Virus record (IMG/VR): IMGVR_UViG_3300023180_000017
Length of the DNA stretch: 64,000 bases
Origin: a virus
Direction: 5' to 3' (one strand)
Below are positions 45,830-55,329 of the stretch, piece after piece. Position 1 is the stretch's first letter. Each line of letters opens with the position of its first letter. The notes under the pieces were generated by a model. That model made no database searches, was not told the origin of the DNA, and saw only the letters and a program-made list of their open reading frames with translations. Both the position numbers and the translations under genes were made by a program.

Positions 45830-47914
45830 ATGGCATTAGAAATATTTGGTAGATATTTTACAGACACCGGGGGTGTGGGACTTACTGCCTCAGAAGCCGT
45901 TTCAATAAAAACAAGAAGTACACATAAAGACAATTCAATTGCATTTGCTGACGACTCGCCATATATAGCAGCAGGGTACAGCGATCAAGGTATTGATTTT
46001 GATAGTGATAATTTAGTCTACCTTGCTATTTCACCTGGTAGAGACGGTGTTGATAAATTTACATTGGAGACCTTTGAAAAAGTTCCAATGTTGTTACCTC
46101 CAGGTAGTGCTAACGGGAAAACCTATGAATTAGTTATAACTTTAACAGATAAAGACCCTGCAATAAGAGGAGCTCAACAGAAACATACGTTTAACATTGA
46201 CGAGGCATCACTAGGTAAAACAGGTAGTTGGTCTTTTCCTCACTTTGATACAATTGGTGGTAATGCCTTAAGAAAAAATTATTTTATTGACAGAGACCCA
46301 CCATATGCTCGTGGTGATAGAGGTTACCCAACAGAAGAAGAGGGAGGAAATTTTAATAATAATGTTATTAGAATTCCTCTAACAAAAGATTACAATCCTA
46401 ACAGCGATACAATAGAAAAGATAGGAGAGTTTTTCCTAAAACAAAGTGATGAACCTAGTGAGGGTATAAACACTTTACATTTTCCTACTCGGGGTTCTGA
46501 TCTTATAACTTATGTCTATTCAGACGGTGTGGTGGCTACTTCTCCAGAACAGGTAGCATTCAACTACTATATTGTTGAAACTGGAACAGATATTCCAATC
46601 GAAGAATATTATGATCCTGCTTTAGGAGTTAATGGTGGTTGGGATAATGCTTACGGTGCTAGGTTTAGAATTGTTAGAGAAAATGTAACTCCTCCACAAG
46701 GAAATGAAAGCAAAGTACCTGCAACTCCGATATTAGCCACAAATATTTATAGAGAACCTGAAAAAGTAATTAATCCTGACGGCACATATTCCCATTCAAC
46801 TATGGGCATTGCAGTAAATCTAAATCTACCAGACAATGGGTTTTTGGGACACGATCCTGCAACAGACGATCGTTACAAATTAGAATATATCTGGAGACTA
46901 GAGAAACAAGGAGGCAAGTCTAAACTTATAACCCTCAATAGTGGTTTTGCAAAGGTAGGCGGTAACTATCAATTATATGCTAAAAACTTTGATGCTGAGC
47001 AAGGAGGTTTCGGGTTAGGAACTTATATTAACACAATAACCCTTTATCTTGTATATACAGATGATAATGGAGATTCTTATTCTTCTGAAACAGCAGTAGC
47101 AAGAGACACTTTCAATGTAACAGAAAGAACAGCATCAGCACCGCCTCCAACATCGGGTCCCCCTCCAACATCGGGTCCCCCACCGGGCCCAGCTCCGTCA
47201 TTTTCAGGCGGCCCGTTTCAGATACAACCGTTAAGTGGTGCCTCAGATTGTGGTCCAGGAGATGGATTAAGAGATTTGGCTGATAAACTTGCAGCCGTTG
47301 AAGCATCAACAGATGCTTTATTAGCAACAGCAACTGATGGCATTGGTGATCTTTTAGACAGCATCAATAGTATTGTATCTAATGAGGTAAATAAAGTTAA
47401 GGGTTCTTTAGAAAGTATGATACCCGAATCCTTTAAAGGAGCAGCTAAAACATTTGAAGACGGAGTTAAGGAAGGATTAGAGCTTGCTGCTGTTGTGGCA
47501 GCTGGAGGTGAAGCCGCGATAAATGCTGCCTTAAAACTGAAAACTCTTGCAACAAAGTGGGAAGGTATTATTGATGGTTTGGGGGGTCTTATAGACAATG
47601 ATGGCAACCCAATAGAAACTTTTTATGATGTTATAACATTAATGCAGACGTTATTGAGGACAGGTGCTTCAGATTTAGATAGTTTATGTAAAATGTTACC
47701 CAATGTCTCTGAAAGCTACGATGGGTCTGTATCAGTTAAGGCTACTCCAATAACTATTCCTGAATTTGATGCCGTCGATTTAATTAAAGGATATGAACTT
47801 CCAGAGTTGCCAAAACCAACACTTATTATAGATGTTTCAGCTAAGAAAAAAGAAACAGTTGCTTCTTTCACAAACTTCCAAGCACCTAAACTTTATGGAG
47901 GACCAAAGGGTTAA
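45830..47914 (+). CDS. Large hypothetical, probably structural protein
   Basis: Beta-rich N-terminal region, PPPTSG linker, helical C-terminal region; between PAAR and gp25. Confidence 0.65.
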   Translation: MALEIFGRYFTDTGGVGLTASEAVSIKTRSTHKDNSIAFADDSPYIAAGYSDQGIDFDSDNLVYLAISPGRDGVDKFTLETFEKVPMLLPPGSANGKTYELVITLTDKDPAIRGAQQKHTFNIDEASLGKTGSWSFPHFDTIGGNALRKNYFIDRDPPYARGDRGYPTEEEGGNFNNNVIRIPLTKDYNPNSDTIEKIGEFFLKQSDEPSEGINTLHFPTRGSDLITYVYSDGVVATSPEQVAFNYYIVETGTDIPIEEYYDPALGVNGGWDNAYGARFRIVRENVTPPQGNESKVPATPILATNIYREPEKVINPDGTYSHSTMGIAVNLNLPDNGFLGHDPATDDRYKLEYIWRLEKQGGKSKLITLNSGFAKVGGNYQLYAKNFDAEQGGFGLGTYINTITLYLVYTDDNGDSYSSETAVARDTFNVTERTASAPPPTSGPPPTSGPPPGPAPSFSGGPFQIQPLSGASDCGPGDGLRDLADKLAAVEASTDALLATATDGIGDLLDSINSIVSNEVNKVKGSLESMIPESFKGAAKTFEDGVKEGLELAAVVAAGGEAAINAALKLKTLATKWEGIIDGLGGLIDNDGNPIETFYDVITLMQTLLRTGASDLDSLCKMLPNVSESYDGSVSVKATPITIPEFDAVDLIKGYELPELPKPTLIIDVSAKKKETVASFTNFQAPKLYGGPKG

Positions 47915-47919
47915 ACCTT

Positions 47920-47927
47920 TATAAATA
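47920..47927 (+). promoter_or_regulatory. Late promoter, leaderless geometry
   Basis: TATAAATA 5 nt before the gp25 ATG. Confidence 0.75.
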
Positions 47928-47932
47928 CGAAT

Positions 47933-48337
47933 ATGGCAGCCCAGAATTTAAAACTTGAAAAAGTTTACAAAGATTTAGATTTATCTTTTGCAAAAAATCC
48001 TGCAACAGGAGACATTGCAAAAAAGATAGACGTGAATTCTGTTAAGCAGTCAATAAAAATTTTGTTGCAAACAAACTATTTTGAAAGACCATTTCAACCA
48101 AATTTGGGAACAGGTCTTCAAGGACTTTTGTTTGAAACAATAAACCCAACAGTATCAGCTGCAATATCGCAGTCTGTAACTCAACTGTTGAAAAATTACG
48201 AACCCAGGGTTAAAGTAATAAAAGTTATTTCTGACCCTGATTACGATAACAATGGTTATAGTCTAACCATAAACTTCTATGTTGTAGGAGTCGAAGGGCC
48301 ACAGCAACTAGGAGCTTTTTTACGGAGAATACGATAA
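47933..48337 (+). CDS. gp25: Baseplate wedge gp25
   Basis: YKDLDLSF..NP.TGD, SVKQSI, ERPFQP.LG, YEPRV. Confidence 0.93.
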   Translation: MAAQNLKLEKVYKDLDLSFAKNPATGDIAKKIDVNSVKQSIKILLQTNYFERPFQPNLGTGLQGLLFETINPTVSAAISQSVTQLLKNYEPRVKVIKVISDPDYDNNGYSLTINFYVVGVEGPQQLGAFLRRIR

Positions 48338-48723
48338 TGGCTAAAAAATTAACTATAATTAGAGAAGAAAAGCCTTCAGAAGCTCAGTGGTTTGAGGATG
48401 TTCTAGAGTCCCAACAGGATTACTCTGAAGGTCCTAGAACTACCGGTCTTCATCCTCATGTTATCAATGATACATTGAACATTGATCCTTCTTGGCCTAC
48501 TACAGAAGAGGTTGAAGGATTAGGCGCTGAACTTGTAATTAGTACAGCAGAGGATTGGGGTGTAGAAAAAGAAGTTCATATAAGACACACTGATGCAGAT
48601 CCTGTAATTTTTTCTGATCCAGAACATGAGCTGTTTACAGCTAGAAAGGCACATAACACAGAGCATGGGATTACACTTACTGTTTCAACAGTTGATGCCA
48701 ATGAAGATTGGACAGTAGCATAA
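48337..48723 (+). CDS. Acidic hypothetical protein between gp25 and gp6
   Basis: GGAG RBS, TAATG coupling. Confidence 0.65.
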   Translation: MAKKLTIIREEKPSEAQWFEDVLESQQDYSEGPRTTGLHPHVINDTLNIDPSWPTTEEVEGLGAELVISTAEDWGVEKEVHIRHTDADPVIFSDPEHELFTARKAHNTEHGITLTVSTVDANEDWTVA

Positions 48724-48741
48724 TAACATCGAGGAAAACAA

Positions 48742-50646
48742 ATGTCTCAGCTAAAGGTAACAGAATTAGATTTTGATAATATAAAACAAAATCTCAAACA
48801 GTATCTTCAATCTCAAGAGGAATTTTCAGATTACAATTTTGAAGGTTCTGCTATGAGCGTTTTGCTGGACACTTTGGCATACAACACCCATTACAACGCT
48901 GTCTTAGCTCACATGTTGGCAAACGAATCCTTTTTAGATAGCGCTGTTAAGAGATCTTCTGTAGTTTCTATAGCAAAGTCTCTTGGCTACACACCAACAT
49001 CTAAAAGAGCTTCTAGGGCGGAAGTGGTGTTAATTGTTTTTCCTGATCCCACTTTTGAAAACACAGTTCTAACTTTAACTAGAAATACACAGTTCACATC
49101 TACTATTGATGGAGTTACATATTCCTTTTACCCGCAGACTGATAAAACAACAATCCTTCAAAACTTTGGACAAGGGGATGCCTTTTATTTCTCAGGTATT
49201 GAGATAAAAGAGGGTTTTAGAGTTAATAACAATTTTTCTGTAGATGCCAATACTGTATCTGGACCTTTTATTATACCCAATCAAGGTGTCGATACGACAA
49301 CTTTAAGAGTTAGGGTTCAAAATTCTGGAACAGATTTTGCTGTAAAATCTTTTCAATATAAGGATAAATTTGCAGATGTAAAGGCAACAGATCGAGCTTG
49401 GTTCTTAGAAGAAGGTTCTGATGGCTTATATAGAATTTTGTTCGGAGACGGTGTTGTTGGGCAAAAATTAAATCCTGGCAACATTGTTCTAATAGATTAC
49501 TTGAACACAAATGGTGCTCCTGCTAATAATTCAGAGCAGTTTACTTGCAGAACAACTATAACAGGAAATAACGAAAGACTTATTACTTTAACAACAACTC
49601 CATCTTACGGTGGTGCAGTTAGAGAAACGGTTTCTAGTATAAAAAGAAATGCACCTAGATACAACTCTACAAAAGAAAGAGCCGTAACTGCTCAAGATTA
49701 TGTTTCCTTAATTAAAGCAAAAAATCAAAACATACAATCTGTTTCTGTCTGGGGAGGCGAGGACAACGATCCGCCCATATATGGGAAGGTTTTTATTTCC
49801 TTAAATCCATATCAAGGATCTATTATTACACAAGGCGATAAAGATCAAATTGTTACGGAAATCATAGAACCAAGAACACCTATTGCTATACAACCAGAAT
49901 TTGTTGATCCAGAATATCTATATGTTGGTGTTAAAGCTAAATTAGCTTACGATGTTAAAAAGACAACATTAACATCTGGACAGATTATTCAAGGAGCTCA
50001 AGTAAATATTGATAACTACTTTAAAAATAATTTAAATTATTTGAATAGACATTTGTATTTTTCAGATTTACACAAAATTGTATATGGAAGTTCAGAGGCA
50101 ATGAAGTCTGTTACAATCAATTTTACTTTACAGAAAAGATTTAGTTTAACAGAAGTTAATGCTATAGGAACAACTAAAATTAGTTTCAATAATAAATTGA
50201 CCCCCAGAACTCTTACAACTAATTGGTTTGATAAGAATGTTGGCAATGTTATCTATAAAGTTAGGTTGGAAGATGAACCTAATAGAAATGTTGTTGCTCC
50301 TAATTATAACGGATCTGGGAGATTATTTTTAGTAACTGAAGATAATAGACGAATAGCAGAAGTTGGAACCATTGATTATGATTTAGGAAAACTTTCTTTA
50401 CCAGACTTTAATGTTATATCTCTATATGGTAACGCTACAAAATTACATGTAACAGTTGAACCGCATGATACTATTAAGGACATAACAACCGATATCTTAA
50501 CTAGAACAAACCCAGAATCACAATCTGCGGTTGTTCCTTTGCCAGCAAAAAACACAATATTAGCAAAAGATGATAGTGTATACAATGTAATTTCTGGATT
50601 AAGAGAAGGCATAAAAATAGAAACGATTGCAAGAGTAGACGAGTAA
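48742..50646 (+). CDS. gp6: Baseplate wedge gp6
   Basis: ELDFDNIK, DYNFEGS, LAYNTHY, FGDGVVG, RAVTAQDY, WGGED..PP.YGKVFIS. Confidence 0.95.
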   Translation: MSQLKVTELDFDNIKQNLKQYLQSQEEFSDYNFEGSAMSVLLDTLAYNTHYNAVLAHMLANESFLDSAVKRSSVVSIAKSLGYTPTSKRASRAEVVLIVFPDPTFENTVLTLTRNTQFTSTIDGVTYSFYPQTDKTTILQNFGQGDAFYFSGIEIKEGFRVNNNFSVDANTVSGPFIIPNQGVDTTTLRVRVQNSGTDFAVKSFQYKDKFADVKATDRAWFLEEGSDGLYRILFGDGVVGQKLNPGNIVLIDYLNTNGAPANNSEQFTCRTTITGNNERLITLTTTPSYGGAVRETVSSIKRNAPRYNSTKERAVTAQDYVSLIKAKNQNIQSVSVWGGEDNDPPIYGKVFISLNPYQGSIITQGDKDQIVTEIIEPRTPIAIQPEFVDPEYLYVGVKAKLAYDVKKTTLTSGQIIQGAQVNIDNYFKNNLNYLNRHLYFSDLHKIVYGSSEAMKSVTINFTLQKRFSLTEVNAIGTTKISFNNKLTPRTLTTNWFDKNVGNVIYKVRLEDEPNRNVVAPNYNGSGRLFLVTEDNRRIAEVGTIDYDLGKLSLPDFNVISLYGNATKLHVTVEPHDTIKDITTDILTRTNPESQSAVVPLPAKNTILAKDDSVYNVISGLREGIKIETIARVDE

Positions 50647-50649
50647 TAA

Positions 50650-53235
50650 ATGTCGAATTATATTCCTAGCTATTATAGGTATGTTTCTAAGATAACTATT
50701 TTAGATGGCGGAAACAACTATACTTCAATACCCACTTTAACAATTAGTGGCGGCGGGGGTTCTGGTGCAACTGCGACGTGTACCATATATAATGGTTCAA
50801 TACAAACTGTTACAATTACAAATATTGGAACAGGCTATTTTACAGCACCGACAATAACTGTATTGGGCGGGGGTGGCTTTGGAGCAGATTTAGCAGCATC
50901 ATTATCTTTTGCTGCTGGCACTGGTTCAGAGTATGAATCAAAACCTTCTTTATTAGTTACTAGACAACTTCCAGAATTTATTCAAACAGATTATCCTAAG
51001 TTTTTAGCATTCATCAACAAATATTTTGAATGGATGGAGTTGAATTTAAAACCTAATTCTGCATTATACCAACCAAAATTTTTAGATATTGATTCTGCAC
51101 CAGATGTTCCGGAAGGAGAACATGAGGATCAAATCCTAAAACTTTGGGGAAGACAATTAGCTATAGATGTTCCTGAATCTTTAGCTGTAGATAGAAAAAA
51201 AATTTACAAAAGAATAAAAGATTTATATGAAACAAAAGGATCTAGAAGATCCATAGAAATGTTTTTTAGACTTTTGTATAACGAAGAAGTAGAGGTATAC
51301 TATCCCCAAAAATTCATTCTTGTACCTTCAGACGGAAGATGGGTAGAAGAGCAAGCGGTTGTTGCCAGAGCAGCAGAAGGAAAAGATCTATTAGATGTTC
51401 AAGGAAAACTAATAGACATAACTTATGGTAGAACCATAGGTAGTATTACAACTTTAGAAACAATTCCTGCAACTGTAAAAAATGTATCAAAAATAGCATA
51501 TACATTTCCTCCAATATATGAGTTAAACGTAGAGTTTGACACTAAAATAACATCTATTCCTGGGCCGGGCAGTGGTGGTAGTTTTACACTTTCAACGAAC
51601 AACGGCGTTATTGATAGCGTTACTGTCTTAGGAGGAGGAGAAGAATATATACAGGCTCCAACATTACGAGTTTTTGACACGGGTATTGGCGAAGGGGCTG
51701 TACTAAGAGCAAATGTAACAGACGGTGTCATTACCAGCGTTACTATATTGGAAGGAGGAGAGAATTATACTAATCCTTTTATAGATATAGTTACAGAAGG
51801 TACTGAAACACAAATTTTATTAAGAGGTGCCCATTATACAGATGTAGAGGGGTATCTAGATAGAACACTCGTTAGTGTTGAAACAACGGGAACTTATAGT
51901 TCCAATATGGGATTTAGTGTAGGTGATATCTTTGTTGTTAACGAAACGGGTGATGATGGAAGAGGATATGCTTTAGATTACTTCCAAGATAATTATGTAA
52001 TAATCGGAGGTAATAATAAGAGTTATATTAAAGTAGAAGAAGTTGATAGTAACAATGTACCCACCAGGTGGTCTATTGTAAACTCTGGAGGAGGGTTCTT
52101 CTCAACGTCTACTATTATACCTATTATTTCAAAAGCAGGACAACAAATTGATGTAACCATCAGGACAGGACATTTATTTTCTTATCCAGGAAAATATTTA
52201 GACGATAGAGGAAAACTGTCTGATGCTAACAAGTTGCAAGATAACTATAGATACCAAAAATATTCTTATGTTGTAAAATCCGGCATTCCTCAATCTAAAT
52301 GGAACAATGATATAAGAAAACTTGTACACCCAGCGGGTATGGAAGTTTTCGGAGATCTTCTTTTAAAGCATGAGATAGATTTTTCTACAAATCTTTCTGT
52401 GGTTACAGATGGATATAACCTAAGTAAATATATTACTGTAGATGTTATAGATGCAGCAACAGCACTTGTGGAACTAGACTTTACTAAGAATATTCCAATA
52501 GACGTAGTTAATACTAGCGAATTCTTTAGATTTAATGCTCAATTAGCAAAAGAAGATTCTGTTACTTTAACTGATAATGATAGGATATTTGATCTCATAT
52601 TGAGAAAAACTGATTCTACAAACATTGCAGATGTAACAGAATTAGTGGTTACATATAATAGAGAAAGATCAGAAAGCTTAAATGCTATAGATTCTTACTC
52701 AGATGTAATAACTTATATTAGAAGTTTTACAGAAAATAATCTTGCTACAGAAAACCTAGACAGTTTATCGGTAGGCAAGTTTATTACAACCTCAGCAAAT
52801 ATGTCTGAGGATAGTAGCTTTGATCTCAGTTTAAATAAGTCAGAATTAATTTCTACTTCTGAGATTCCTAGCATTTCCTTTACACAAGGAGCTCACAGTG
52901 AAAGTATAACAGTTCTAGACTCTATAGGGTTGCATAACAATATCAACCCTTATGATGAAGAAGTATTAACTTTTGAAGGTGTCGAACTTAACATTCAGGG
53001 ATATGTCTCTGAAGATTATTTCCTAGAAGATTACGTAGGCACCGTAATAAGCTTTATAAATAGATATAAGCAATTAGCAGATTCTTTACAACCTACCGAG
53101 GTAGTTTCTAAAGGAACTCAAACAACAAAAACAGACGAAGCAACTACAGCAGAATCGGGTAGTTATGTATTAGAAACATATTCCCAAGGATTCTTTAAAG
53201 AGGATTATGTAGGAACTTCATCTACAATTACATAA
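50650..53235 (+). CDS. Baseplate wedge gp7-like protein
   Basis: QLPEFI, IKDLYETKGS..SI..FFRLLY, LQDNYRYQKYSYV, VHPAGM.VFG. Confidence 0.8.
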   Translation: MSNYIPSYYRYVSKITILDGGNNYTSIPTLTISGGGGSGATATCTIYNGSIQTVTITNIGTGYFTAPTITVLGGGGFGADLAASLSFAAGTGSEYESKPSLLVTRQLPEFIQTDYPKFLAFINKYFEWMELNLKPNSALYQPKFLDIDSAPDVPEGEHEDQILKLWGRQLAIDVPESLAVDRKKIYKRIKDLYETKGSRRSIEMFFRLLYNEEVEVYYPQKFILVPSDGRWVEEQAVVARAAEGKDLLDVQGKLIDITYGRTIGSITTLETIPATVKNVSKIAYTFPPIYELNVEFDTKITSIPGPGSGGSFTLSTNNGVIDSVTVLGGGEEYIQAPTLRVFDTGIGEGAVLRANVTDGVITSVTILEGGENYTNPFIDIVTEGTETQILLRGAHYTDVEGYLDRTLVSVETTGTYSSNMGFSVGDIFVVNETGDDGRGYALDYFQDNYVIIGGNNKSYIKVEEVDSNNVPTRWSIVNSGGGFFSTSTIIPIISKAGQQIDVTIRTGHLFSYPGKYLDDRGKLSDANKLQDNYRYQKYSYVVKSGIPQSKWNNDIRKLVHPAGMEVFGDLLLKHEIDFSTNLSVVTDGYNLSKYITVDVIDAATALVELDFTKNIPIDVVNTSEFFRFNAQLAKEDSVTLTDNDRIFDLILRKTDSTNIADVTELVVTYNRERSESLNAIDSYSDVITYIRSFTENNLATENLDSLSVGKFITTSANMSEDSSFDLSLNKSELISTSEIPSISFTQGAHSESITVLDSIGLHNNINPYDEEVLTFEGVELNIQGYVSEDYFLEDYVGTVISFINRYKQLADSLQPTEVVSKGTQTTKTDEATTAESGSYVLETYSQGFFKEDYVGTSSTIT

Positions 53236-53253
53236 ACATATGGAGATTTAACA

Positions 53254-53712
53254 ATGTTTTATAAAAATAAGATTGGCGCTACAGGTAAAGTAAATGTAGT
53301 AGTCACAGATAAAAACGGTTTTGTAAAAGAGGACTTTACTGTTAATAACTTAGTGGTTGGAGACGGTTTAGATTTTATTACAGCTAGAATGAACAGCACA
53401 GCAGATGCAGCAATGTCTCACATGGCTATTGGTCAGGGTGATGGCAACAATGGTGCTTCTACTCCTGCTGATGGCGATTCTACATTGCAAAGTGAATTAG
53501 CTAGAGTATCATTAAGTAGCGATACTGTTACTGATAATGCTATAGAGTTTGTTGCTACTTTTGGCGCAGGCACAGGCACAGGTGCTGTAACTGAGGCAGG
53601 CGTTTTAAATGCAGGCACAGGCGGTACTATGCTTTGCAGAACTACATTTAATGTGGTTAATAAGGGTGCAGATGATACAATGACTGTAACCTGGACTGTA
53701 ACAATTAGCTAA
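53254..53712 (+). CDS. Small baseplate/tail-associated structural protein
   Basis: NLVV..G, HMAIG.G, L.SELAR, TEAGV.N, NKGADD...VTWTVT; late box at 53055-53062. Confidence 0.7.
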   Translation: MFYKNKIGATGKVNVVVTDKNGFVKEDFTVNNLVVGDGLDFITARMNSTADAAMSHMAIGQGDGNNGASTPADGDSTLQSELARVSLSSDTVTDNAIEFVATFGAGTGTGAVTEAGVLNAGTGGTMLCRTTFNVVNKGADDTMTVTWTVTIS

Positions 53713-53724
53713 AGGTAATATTTA

Positions 53725-55320
53725 GTGGCTCTAATACTAAGGGACATGGGTAGGGTTGAGTTAGCTCGATCCTATTACCGAGACATCCGTAATACTAACG
53801 ATTACTTTTATGTAGGAGTTGGTAAAACTAATAGCTGGGAAGATGAAGATAATCCAGAGTCTCCTATAGACTCTGATTATTATGTTAACGACTTTAGAAA
53901 ACGTTTAATGTTTCTACAAAGAGTTACTTCTGCAGATGCATGTCTTTTAGTTAGAAGAATTGATTGGGCGTACGGAACAATATACGATTCCTATAATAAT
54001 AATTATAATACGAACAATCCAGCTTTTTCGGGAGCCACATCCTTATCTACTGCAAACTTTTATGTCCTGACAGATGAATATAAGGTTTATAAGTGCTTAG
54101 ACAATAATAGAAATAGTTATAGCACAATAAAACCAACAGGCACAGGCACAAGCCCTGAGCAGTTATCAGATGGATATATTTGGAAATTTATGTATCAAGT
54201 TTCTGCAGCAGATCAAACCAAATATTTAGATGCTGGGCACATACCTGTTAGGAAACTAACAGGTAACCCCACATTCGATGTCAATGGTGAATTAGATTCA
54301 ATTAGCGTTACAAGCGGGGGCAGTGGTTATATTTCTGCTCCTACTGTAGTTATATCTGGAGACGGCGAAGGTGCTACAGCGACAGCAACTTTGTCCGGAG
54401 ATACAGTTGACAGCATAACAATTGATACCCCTGGAACAGGATATACGTTTGCATTTATTGCTTTAAATTCAGATTCAGGTAATGGTGCAACAGCAACGGT
54501 AAGTTTAGGTGATGATGATCCATTACCAACATTACAGAGTTTAGTTGAAGGCTCAGCTATTGATGGTACAATTGATAGAATAGATATAGTATCCACAGGG
54601 CAAGATTATTCTGAAGGAGATGCCACTGTAGTTATATCTGGAGATGGGTCGGGTGCAGAGGCCTCAGTTAGAATTGCAGATGCTACAGGTTCTGTAATTG
54701 AAGTTATTGTAACGAATGCAGGTACCGGATATACTTGGGCAAACATTACAATTCAAAACAGCGTTGGTATAGGACAAGGGGCTATTTGTAATGCTATCAT
54801 TTCTCCTAAAGGGGGACACGGATCAAATGCTCCCAAAGAACTTTTTGCAAAGACATTGGGATTAACATTATCTTTTTCTGATAATGCCAACGCAGATTTA
54901 ATCAAGGGTAATGACTTTAGACAAGTAGGACTGATTAAGAATATATACGGTTACGACAGCGCAACGCTTTTCACAGAACTAACAGGAACTCCTTGTTTTG
55001 TCGTAAATGTATCTGACAATCAGTATTATAATATTGATGATGAAATAGTAACCAGCGATGGCGGGACTTTCCAAGTTTCTCAAATAGTAGAAAAAAGTGA
55101 TGGAACTTTTGACGTGTATTTAGTAGCCATGGTACCAATTATATTAAACACATCAACATTAACGAATAATTCTACAGGAGATCTAAATCTCGTTATAAAT
55201 AGTCTTACGACTCCAGAGGTTAATGTTAAAACCGGTGAAGTAATATATTTAGAAAATAGGCCGCCGATTAATAGATCATCAGATCAGGTGGAAACAATAA
55301 AAACATTGATAAGATTTTAG
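53725..55320 (+). CDS. gp8: Baseplate wedge gp8
   Basis: RRIDW..G..YD, FYVLTDEYKVYKCLDN, DGYIWKFMY, PKGGHG, FRQVGLI, YLENR..I.R..DQ.E. Confidence 0.9.
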   Translation: MALILRDMGRVELARSYYRDIRNTNDYFYVGVGKTNSWEDEDNPESPIDSDYYVNDFRKRLMFLQRVTSADACLLVRRIDWAYGTIYDSYNNNYNTNNPAFSGATSLSTANFYVLTDEYKVYKCLDNNRNSYSTIKPTGTGTSPEQLSDGYIWKFMYQVSAADQTKYLDAGHIPVRKLTGNPTFDVNGELDSISVTSGGSGYISAPTVVISGDGEGATATATLSGDTVDSITIDTPGTGYTFAFIALNSDSGNGATATVSLGDDDPLPTLQSLVEGSAIDGTIDRIDIVSTGQDYSEGDATVVISGDGSGAEASVRIADATGSVIEVIVTNAGTGYTWANITIQNSVGIGQGAICNAIISPKGGHGSNAPKELFAKTLGLTLSFSDNANADLIKGNDFRQVGLIKNIYGYDSATLFTELTGTPCFVVNVSDNQYYNIDDEIVTSDGGTFQVSQIVEKSDGTFDVYLVAMVPIILNTSTLTNNSTGDLNLVINSLTTPEVNVKTGEVIYLENRPPINRSSDQVETIKTLIRF

Positions 55321-55329
55321 GAACGATAA

